From the NCBI GenBank assembly GCA_048882045.1, contig JBHLRZ010000004.1, positions 1 to 46,272 on the forward strand: DNA of 46,272 nucleotides, in the 5' to 3' direction. Position numbers and translations under genes: made by a program. Position 1 is the stretch's first letter. Each line of letters opens with the position of its first letter. Origin of the DNA: Candidatus Thorarchaeota archaeon (lineage in GTDB: Archaea > Asgardarchaeota > Thorarchaeia > Thorarchaeales > Thorarchaeaceae). Shown here piece by piece: positions 8,601 to 14,538 of this stretch. The notes under the pieces are model-generated. The model worked only from the letters and a program-made list of their open reading frames with translations, was not told the DNA's origin and did not search any database.

Positions 8601-10156
8601 AAGATGAACTTACCACCTTGTGCCTCAGTCATGGCATTCTCTTGATAGCCTCCTACAGCGAAGTCTGATGGGCGGATGTAGACTTTAGCTTCTCTTACAT
8701 ACATCTCATCAGTTGCTGTTAGTTCGACTTTGAGATAGGGATCATAGACTGTTGGATGAGTTGGATAGATAGGATCTAGAGTGACTTCAGGGGGAGCGGT
8801 ATCACTCAGGAGAATCTTGATTTGCCCATAGTGCATGATTGTGTCACTTCTCCCATCATTGTTAATATCGTACGAGAGCACCTGTTCAAAAGGTCCTGGC
8901 AGTCTTGGATCTTCATAACCGATTTCCCCGTTGCTACCTCTAATCAATGAAAATTGACCTGTCGGACCTTCTAGCACGACATCTGTGAAAGAATCTGAGT
9001 CAAGATAATCTGTGGCAAATCCGCGAGAAAACATGCTCACACACTCTTCCTGTGAGATTCTCAAAACTCTTCCATCGACCCCGCTAACAAAAATCACGGA
9101 AGACCTCATACCAGGGACAACAACTAGGTCTTCTTGCATGTCCATGTTGAACTTCCCTGTTTTCACATAAGACTCCCCTAGGTACTTCGTATCCCTAAAC
9201 GAAAACCTTGGAGTCAGATTAGCGTTGAGAGCAATTAGAACATTCTCTTGAGCAATATTATCAGCCATTGTTACTGCTAGATTATCGAAGTCATTATCAT
9301 ACTCAAAAGAAACCATGTCATAACCATGAACATGGGGAGTTGATAGAATGGGGGATGGATTTATAGATGTGCCATCTCCGTAAATAGTGTCAACAACAAC
9401 CCTACTGAGGGATGTCCATGGATCTTGTATCCACATGACTCCAATCTCATCACCAGCTGCAATCGAAAAATTGCCAACGCATACTTTTACAATCTCTTCT
9501 GTAGTAAATGGTATCTGTGGAAAGACACCAAGTATCGTGTCACTGTTAAGGTCTTTTATGACCAGACGAATTCTGCTATACACACCCACATCAATCAGTG
9601 AGTCACCATTGAAGTCTCCAACGATGATTCCAGTTGGATCTGGAATGGGATCATAGTTGTACTTGGTTACTGAACCTCCTCCATCAAAATCAACTACAAC
9701 GAGATTCGTATTCGTAAGGTTGAACATAATGAATAGAAACTCAGTGTACCCGTCCAAATCAACATCTGCTCCGATAAGCGTGTTGTGCAAAGGGTTTCCG
9801 AGTCCAATATTCACTGAAGCGTCAACTATGTTTATTGGATCTCTGAAGCGAAGTGTGTCATTGAATATCCAAACTACCCCACGTCCATGAGTAGTGTTCC
9901 CTGCTGCTACCGATGGGACATAGTACGGCAGGTTGACTCCTACTAGATTCGAAGCTGGTTCAAATTGACCCTCTATCTCATTGATTGAAATGACTGAGCT
10001 GTTATTCGAAACATCTATTGAACATAGAGACGTGAACAGCAACATCACGACAACTAATGGTAGTCCTATCTGGAGCAACTCTCTCTGGTTCTTGGAAAAT
10101 GGTTTTACACAGGGTCTAAAGCTGCTAACAGTTCGATTCTTCATCATTTCAATCAC
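2675..10156 (-). CDS. Giant cell-surface protein: 2 FG-GAP/VCBS beta-propellers + 12 Ig-like repeats + 7-TM domain + acidic cytoplasmic tail
   Basis: N-terminal hydrophobic segment; DxDxDG-type motifs (DVDLDGYTE, DFNGDSLID, DINNDGRSD, DDDGDKIDE, DVDEDGVDE, DFDGDGEDE); 12 repeats of VxDxxGxP-type motifs; seven hydrophobic helices at the C-terminus. Confidence 0.85.
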   Translation of the reverse strand: MIEMMKNRTVSSFRPCVKPFSKNQRELLQIGLPLVVVMLLFTSLCSIDVSNNSSVISINEIEGQFEPASNLVGVNLPYYVPSVAAGNTTHGRGVVWIFNDTLRFRDPINIVDASVNIGLGNPLHNTLIGADVDLDGYTEFLFIMFNLTNTNLVVVDFDGGGSVTKYNYDPIPDPTGIIVGDFNGDSLIDVGVYSRIRLVIKDLNSDTILGVFPQIPFTTEEIVKVCVGNFSIAAGDEIGVMWIQDPWTSLSRVVVDTIYGDGTSINPSPILSTPHVHGYDMVSFEYDNDFDNLAVTMADNIAQENVLIALNANLTPRFSFRDTKYLGESYVKTGKFNMDMQEDLVVVPGMRSSVIFVSGVDGRVLRISQEECVSMFSRGFATDYLDSDSFTDVVLEGPTGQFSLIRGSNGEIGYEDPRLPGPFEQVLSYDINNDGRSDTIMHYGQIKILLSDTAPPEVTLDPIYPTHPTVYDPYLKVELTATDEMYVREAKVYIRPSDFAVGGYQENAMTEAQGGKFIFFQTDLQAGNYEYYIKVVDPFLNTYSYGNFSNPHILTVEGHLASGVHYNVTFDEAQRHVLALGNDSLGESRIYNVVSDMDFKSTSLRVFSSNFTKLGEFTLTDATDEVFEVYTGMFDGDNVLDPILISNNYTHIKIWAFNGDTFTSWKNTSYSLYPAKAAHGMVIVDDDGDKIDELAYVGENSTGQFLIRADDSFGTWTDAALKEWTSIVDYVPINMYGTDPQLAILRYDNAVYLYQLNNVTYLKTLNYTSPGATDYDDPVSIQVYRNSTHTSDQLLVVYRSWLVDVPTNYVCLVDRNTVNVGDWPSYIFTGQHIRVTLPHDVDEDGVDELSFLDAGGNASLYELTTTAVQSWTVFVSDAIPRSGIVLDFDGDGEDEFVISTSDDLLTAISFSGTIDYAAYPGIAFNMAPIGNVDVGAGEDIVAFPIFKSRNTLATIRNIDLLYMLDVAFDLETSVTLQGSSLWANTTVLNVFSEPVSDASVSLVASYRFGIGTSEQTMGMVYEDSTQLYTTTVAPNWPMGLANLSLYVDHLYYNPISFEFENALRVESPLSISLFTESEVLQGNNLHINITVTDILGSKVTDADVNVTLDGIIYPVSYVEGSYFRSIIGIDLSPGSYTVLASADHQYATSGTSLSKSLSVVAYDLTVLRNSPPQTQQDQSFTTWLNVTDPFGNPISSATVSVDFGVIEFTLIEIEPGRYQLNDIASMPVGNYSGEIIIQHPYVEGTVFGSYHMAVTGTLAPAVAYESTVTGGNNFTVSVFVYDSYGVTPVGAWAKIELGGSNYTATHIEGAEFRVTLNASLSVGQHSIIVYVGADFGDPRADAHDLFVYSLPETSVESSLGWILTQGDLTTLTVTVRDWYGSLIPDATVSLLSPASILFTPYGDGTYWMNLDTNGYSPANYSLLILIEHTYLFAEDSYHVLTVNGQAVVDVSMPDIVYNHQTSRFDFVVVDTYGNPIYTFDYDFVFAGTFTKSGTSYSYETSWEFQPDLYPGKYQLNITISGPFLSQSEFMIWVDIIGNPLSIVPSPLDQSTYIQGNEINFTVVVEDLAGYSISTALVTATIRGSTYTLTEGVPGVYSRQVPTAGLPLGQYNITVAISHSYLSSQLISFQLFVKGYASVDLSITPSPVLNQYNVTFDFTVTDAYGNALTGFNYTLDFAGIYNRSGFSASHKISWTIDPSFVPGSYWLNMSVESNLILRSTHNVSIGVQGIVAAQIIQPSPGASFSQGETINFVVRVRDNETSFITGATVTLYLHGTTYPLIETSIGFYEINITTTNLPLGEYSAQITVSGAFMETQQLTASFDIIGDAIVRVDTNPLVLLNYENATFTIAVEDQYGNPIGDYHYVLDFGGVYSFSGTSDYFKIIWTFIPELIPGQHLLNVTISGLHIPTSTTTFMLEVKSQPNITLLSPIENATYIQGTDSIIFKVDLFDMLDNVMDGGSVSVLIHDSFFVLVDHNNGTYSRVVSTAGWAAGIYNYTLTIDHPYLAQESTTRGTIEVHAELVFNVEFFPEVPQQGDQLNITIEVTDKYGNPVPDLTITVTFQSQTKLATELGQIGKYVVSYIVASEGYGDEPIVIAAEGIMCVTFSPQTLSEVPVIVAVPQLSLPIEQFVPVFGIVFLVSFIGLWIYFRISSGLSFTRGSQEQLLRGLRRLDYLYGVIVALAGLTIFHSYVSAGSGNYSLAVLESVLLLGISLILYGIWLYRDAASSVLHSQRIGRRRMFLGLWHLIFVPIVIVQLFDWGQNIEWLKFYVLDNVFHLGEIQVPTIMMTIFAAYISSIVIVVLNVYRDIRKGISRLGEMAVLGTPPIVVEQECADLVESLGSSIRMKFFMFLVVLAGTTVLTMDFLRSYSLGVIVLLPVVFLVVIPYTSSRMAKGLSRASSSVRSRRDDGRTLTEIADDRIEVDEIESATAEDVIISEEIDDKEPTATRPESRLTKSEIIAMLPEELKELMGIEELEKLTKAQLRELLPVEDDEE

Positions 10157-10545
10157 TTCAAGCAGATTGGCGAGTCTTCGTAGGTGGCGTTCATATGAAA
10201 TATCAACATCAAATACGAAATTTCGCGTACTATTTTTCTGGGATTTATTTCAAGATATGTAGGATGTAGAACTTCGAAAAATGGTGAAGAATATACCTTT
10301 TGAAAAGAAGATAGGATCCGATTCGGTGTGTGTAGGTATTCGAAAGTTTCCTTTCGATTCGCGTGGTAGGAGGGAGATTGTTTTGAAGATATTAGAAATC
10401 AACGAATCGAATCCTTTGTGGGCTCCGGAATCTCTGGTTAATAAACTTATTTTTGTCGGAATATTGCACAAAAATAAATTCAGTACAACCCTTTGGCTGA
10501 TATTAAATAGTGTCCACTAATGTGGAGGCTTTGCCCCTTGCGGGA

Positions 10546-10905
10546 CTAGTATCCCCACTCCTGTCCTTGCCTCTGACGGTACCAACGATTGCCCTTCTTG
10601 GTGAGAGAGTATGTTCCCTGAATTTCAGTTAGCAGTCCCATCTCGACCATGTTTCGAAGAACACCGAATAGCTTGTCGTCAGATGCGCCTGTGGCTGACT
10701 TGAGCATTGGAAAGGTCATCTTGCCGTTCCTCTTGATGTGCTGTGCAATATCGTACTTTCCAACAGATCTGGTTTCAGTACGGACTATGATGTGTCCGCA
10801 GTTTGTGCAGAGGAGGTCTCCCTTGTGATCGTCACGGGCTACTTCCCTACTGCCACAGATCGGGCAGGTCGTCTTTGAGAATCTTAGTGAACGTCTATGT
10901 GACAT
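10546..10905 (-). CDS. TFIIB-type zinc ribbon + winged-helix protein (119 aa)
   Basis: CPICGS...LLCTNCG ribbon and a C-terminal wHTH (LRNMVEMGLL...YSLTKKG). Start moved to the ATG at 10905 to avoid overlap with the upstream gene. Confidence 0.75.
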   Translation of the reverse strand: MSHRRSLRFSKTTCPICGSREVARDDHKGDLLCTNCGHIIVRTETRSVGKYDIAQHIKRNGKMTFPMLKSATGASDDKLFGVLRNMVEMGLLTEIQGTYSLTKKGNRWYRQRQGQEWGY

Positions 10906-10969
10906 GTTTCCGACCGAGTTGGACTCGACTAGTACCTTGATAAAACTAACGAAGCGACTGAAGGCTAAC

Positions 10970-11473
10970 TCATGGTTTCTCTTCAACAAGGTTTCGAAAG
11001 AACGCTTCGTAGTCGATCTCGAATGGGACCCTTACTCCCAACCGCACTCTCCTGGTTGTCTTATCCATTTCGACATACCCTTGAGCTTGCAACTCCCGTA
11101 AGTCCTCCATGACTCCTCGCAGACTCTTCTTTCTAAACTCTCGCACTCGGTCATAGGAGACCCAGCCTCCTTCCTGATATGCGAGTGTGATGACAATTAG
11201 TAGAGTTGCAGCCAACTTGTCAGGGAGGGGTGATTCCTGTTTCAACTTGGTCTGAAGGGAAGTGTCCACATAAAACACACCACTGACGGGATTGTGTTTG
11301 ATTGTGAGTCCCACTGGTTCTAAGCGTTTGTGGAGTTCACCCATTCTCCTGAATAGGGTCCCTCTTCCTATGTCCTCTGGTAGACCTAGAGCATCGAGCA
11401 TGTCATCTACTCCTGCACCTATGGGATCTCCAGATCTGGTAAGGAGCTTCATGAGAATGGCATACTCGTTCAG
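10970..11473 (-). CDS. Tandem winged-helix KITE-family protein (ScpB / Nse3-MAGE-like SMC subunit)
   Basis: Two WH-like halves. ELHKRLEPVGLTIKHNPVSGVFYV and LAATLLIVITLAYQEGGWVSYDRV resemble MAGE WH-A and WH-B. Probable CTG start at 11473 with AGGTGA 7 nt upstream (ORF track start is 11452). Confidence 0.6.
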   Translation of the reverse strand: MNEYAILMKLLTRSGDPIGAGVDDMLDALGLPEDIGRGTLFRRMGELHKRLEPVGLTIKHNPVSGVFYVDTSLQTKLKQESPLPDKLAATLLIVITLAYQEGGWVSYDRVREFRKKSLRGVMEDLRELQAQGYVEMDKTTRRVRLGVRVPFEIDYEAFFRNLVEEKP

Positions 11474-11603
11474 GGTTCTTTCACCTGCGACTATCCTATT
11501 CGCTAATCAAGGAGGTATAAACACTGAGGTCGAATGAATGAAGCGCGCTTTTCCAAAATTATTAAGACATATCAACTAACTTGATTATTGTAGTTGAGGG
11601 AGA

Positions 11604-12044
11604 ATGACAAGTGAACCGAACACAAAGCGTGAGCGTATCTACACAGTTATTGTCATTCTTATTCTTGTCACCACTAATCTCTACTTCTACGTGGTTGATC
11701 CGCTCTCTATCTTTGAATTTCTAGGTTTGGAGCTTTTCTATCTCCTGATATTTGGACTATATGAAAGACTCTTGATCTGGACCAACACCAAGTACAAGCA
11801 AATTGAAGTGAGCCACCTTGATGAATTTATGATCCTCTACATTTTCTTTGTAGTTCAAATTATGCCAGGAGTTTTGTGGGTCATCTTGGGGGAAACTGAT
11901 CTATCTTCTCTTCAAATCCCGATATTTGGCATGTCAGTTATGATACTCTGCTTCTTGCTGGCAAGGGCGATAGTCAGACAGATTCAATTTACCAGGCAGT
12001 CTTCAGAAACACAAGATCCCTCTCAACAGGCTACTGAATTGTAG
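11604..12044 (+). CDS. Hypothetical 4-TM membrane protein
   Basis: Four hydrophobic segments; GAGGGAG RBS upstream of the ATG. Confidence 0.7.
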   Translation: MTSEPNTKRERIYTVIVILILVTTNLYFYVVDPLSIFEFLGLELFYLLIFGLYERLLIWTNTKYKQIEVSHLDEFMILYIFFVVQIMPGVLWVILGETDLSSLQIPIFGMSVMILCFLLARAIVRQIQFTRQSSETQDPSQQATEL

Positions 12045-12144
12045 TCAATGCTTTGATAGTCACAATATGTGACTTCATTCTGTGACCCTAACAAGTGGCT
12101 TCGCTATATATACTGATTCTGAGCAGTACTTCTTGTGAAAAATC

Positions 12145-12243
12145 ATGGCTCTAGCTACTAACTACCGAAATTCACTCGTGAAGAAGAACAAGAAGGCTCA
12201 GTCAACTGATGCCATCACCTACGCTTACTTCGCCTACAGGTGA
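12145..12243 (+). CDS. Small basic peptide A (32 aa, MALATNYRNSLVKKNKKAQSTDAITYAYFAYR)
   Basis: Read manually. TATA-like CTATATATA at ~12104. Paralogous to 12393-12491. Confidence 0.6.
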   Translation: MALATNYRNSLVKKNKKAQSTDAITYAYFAYR

Positions 12244-12248
12244 TCTCA

Positions 12249-12365
12249 TTGACACGTGCTGAAAGAACTGCAAACTGGCTCTTAGCCGATGCTGTTGTGA
12301 CCCAGCGTGGTCACCCAGTGGTCACAGAAGTGGGCACAGAGTCTCAGAAACACAATATCCTGTGA
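12249..12365 (+). CDS. Possible 38-aa ORF (MTRAERTANWLLADAVVTQRGHPVVTEVGTESQKHNIL)
   Basis: TTG start preceded by AGGTGA formed by the end of peptide A. It overlaps GTCAC/GTGAC inverted repeats, so it may be regulatory rather than coding. Confidence 0.3.
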   Translation: MTRAERTANWLLADAVVTQRGHPVVTEVGTESQKHNIL

Positions 12366-12392
12366 CCACCCTATGAATGGTTGTGAAACATT

Positions 12393-12491
12393 ATGGCTCT
12401 CGCTAAAATCCAAGGTAGCAAACGTATATTGAACAAAGCAAAGCACGTTCAGTCCACAAGGGCAATCGCTGAATCATATTTCAGGAGATAA
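12393..12491 (+). CDS. Small basic peptide B (32 aa, MALAKIQGSKRILNKAKHVQSTRAIAESYFRR)
   Basis: Shares MALA...KxKxxQSTxAIxxxYF..R with peptide A. Its last codons (AGGAGA) form the RBS of the MFS gene. Confidence 0.6.
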   Translation: MALAKIQGSKRILNKAKHVQSTRAIAESYFRR

Positions 12492-12496
12492 TTAGA

Positions 12497-13843
12497 TTGA
12501 CTGAAACGATACTTGTCGAAGAAACTCAAGAACAGCCCGAAACCAAGGGCTTCAAGGCAGTCCTCAGCCATCGCGACTTCTCCTATCTCTGGTCAGGTCA
12601 ATTGGTGTCCAATATAGGTACAGCAATTTCTGTCCTTGCTCTCATGTTCTATGCCTATGATCTCACAGGTTCTGCTATTGCGATGGCAATCCTAGCAATG
12701 ATGGAAACACTGCCTGTTGTCGTGTTTGCTGGGTTTGTCGGTGTGTATGTTGATCGGTGGAACCGAAAGACAATCATGATCGCATCTGATGTCACTCGAG
12801 CAATCACAATTCTCCTCATCCCTCTCACAATATACTTTCCACCATTTATGCCCACGATATATTGGGTATATCTCCTCACGTTCATCTATGCTACAGCCAA
12901 TGCATGGTTCTTTCCTGCAAGGAGCGCTTCAATCCCCAATCTAGTTGAAGGGGATGAACTGGTAGCCGCCAACTCTCTATCTCAGATGACATTTCAGGTA
13001 GTTCAGCTAGTAGTCCCCCCACTCGGCGGAATCCTAGTAGCGCTCCTTGCTCCAGACTATTTCCTTGCGTTTGCAATAACAGCAAGTACATTCGTGGTCT
13101 CTGCGTTTGCACTTCGTAGTATACAGACCAACCTTCGACCTGACAGATCTCTGGATGATAAGGAATCACTCATGAAGCAGATTGTTCAGGGAGCTCGTTA
13201 TGTCATTGGGAATGCAATCTTGTCATTTCTGTTCGTGTTTGCTATGCTTCTTGCAGTATCATCAGGAATCTTGAATGCATTACTAATGCCATATTTGGAT
13301 GGAGAACTTGGATTCGGGTCAGTTCAATTAGGATTGATTCTAAGTGCCGGCGCTGCTACCGGTGCGGTCACAGCCATCTACTTCAGCAGGAAGCAAGACT
13401 TGGACAAACCACTATACCTCATTGTGATGGCGGAATTACTAGCTGGTGTGGCAATATTCGCCTTAGTCTTCGCATTTGATCTTGTTACAGTGATGTTGTC
13501 CTGGGCCATGATAGGTGCTGTTGATGTTGTCATCAACATTCCACTTTCAGTATTGATGCAAAAACTTGTTGAAGACAAACTCAGGGGTCGTGTCTTTGCT
13601 CTTCTCAATGTAGCATTCACAGCGGTACAGGTCGTTGGAATGGGTATTGGAGGAGTTTGGGCTGAGGTTGCGGGTTCGACTGGTCCTCCGATGCTTGGAG
13701 CAGCCTTCGGACTAGTACTGATTTCAGTCATAGGGTTCATAGTAGTGAGTGTACTGAATCTACACTCTCGCCTTGAAACACCCCCAATTGAGGAAGAGGT
13801 TGAAGAGGAAGTCGAAGAAACACTGATAGTAGTCCATGCTTGA
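12497..13843 (+). CDS. MFS transporter, DHA3/MefA-like efflux family
   Basis: About 12 TM; RDFSYLWSGQLVSNIG, GVYVDRWNRKTIMIASD (MFS motif A), LRGRVFA. Confidence 0.9.
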   Translation: MTETILVEETQEQPETKGFKAVLSHRDFSYLWSGQLVSNIGTAISVLALMFYAYDLTGSAIAMAILAMMETLPVVVFAGFVGVYVDRWNRKTIMIASDVTRAITILLIPLTIYFPPFMPTIYWVYLLTFIYATANAWFFPARSASIPNLVEGDELVAANSLSQMTFQVVQLVVPPLGGILVALLAPDYFLAFAITASTFVVSAFALRSIQTNLRPDRSLDDKESLMKQIVQGARYVIGNAILSFLFVFAMLLAVSSGILNALLMPYLDGELGFGSVQLGLILSAGAATGAVTAIYFSRKQDLDKPLYLIVMAELLAGVAIFALVFAFDLVTVMLSWAMIGAVDVVINIPLSVLMQKLVEDKLRGRVFALLNVAFTAVQVVGMGIGGVWAEVAGSTGPPMLGAAFGLVLISVIGFIVVSVLNLHSRLETPPIEEEVEEEVEETLIVVHA

Positions 13844-13867
13844 TGACCTCAAGCATGGCAGTCCTCT

Positions 13868-14524
13868 TTATGTGGAATCTATCTCTGCGAAGGATGGCCT
13901 CCAGATCTCACGTGTTTCTGGATCATAGTTCAACTGACCTCGAGACACAAGAATGACCACATAGAGAAACTGTTTCAGGAAGACATCGAACTCATCACTC
14001 TTAACGATGTCGTCAAATAGGACTCTCCCATTTCCTAGAGTTCGTAAGAACCTCTCCAGGTCCGCAAGGAAGACAGAATCCTCGGTGTCTAAGGCATAGC
14101 CATTCGGTAGTTCAGCTACTTTCGGTATTGGGTCATCTTGAGGTTCTTGTGACATAGCATCAATGAGATTAACAATCCTTTCCAAAGACTCTCCAAGTGC
14201 ATCATGTTCTAGTTGCGTTAATATCAAAGGCTGAAGTGGTGTCAACAGACTTGCAAGTTCTCGAGTCGACTTACCTTTCAATCGGTTAACATAAATTTCT
14301 GGCGCAGCTAGAACCCTAGCAAGCTCCTGTACGCGATTGACCTTGGTTCCTAAGACCTCATTCAACATCTCATCGATGTCAATTCTGCTGTCAATCTTTG
14401 CTACAAGTTCTTGGAGTTCCTTGTATGGTTGGGTAAGTCGGATTTCGAGAGGATCAATATCTCCTGAGCGAACAGCCTGGACCATCTTGAATACCTGTTC
14501 AGCTAGGATCTCATTATCACTCAT
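13868..14524 (-). CDS. Kleisin (ScpA/Nse4-like) subunit of the SMC complex
   Basis: Immediately downstream of smc. N-terminal GDIDPLEI resembles ScpA GxIDPWDI, and the C-terminal WH FLYVVILVSRGQL resembles kleisin FLALLxLxxxGxV. Confidence 0.65.
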   Translation of the reverse strand: MSDNEILAEQVFKMVQAVRSGDIDPLEIRLTQPYKELQELVAKIDSRIDIDEMLNEVLGTKVNRVQELARVLAAPEIYVNRLKGKSTRELASLLTPLQPLILTQLEHDALGESLERIVNLIDAMSQEPQDDPIPKVAELPNGYALDTEDSVFLADLERFLRTLGNGRVLFDDIVKSDEFDVFLKQFLYVVILVSRGQLNYDPETREIWRPSFAEIDST

Positions 14525-14538
14525 TCAACCTTCTCCTT

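Noticed and set aside
10250-10520. ORFs 10250..10471 (-) and 10281..10520 (+)
   Set aside because: Mutually overlapping short frames in AT-rich DNA with no motifs; more likely the promoter region of the giant gene.
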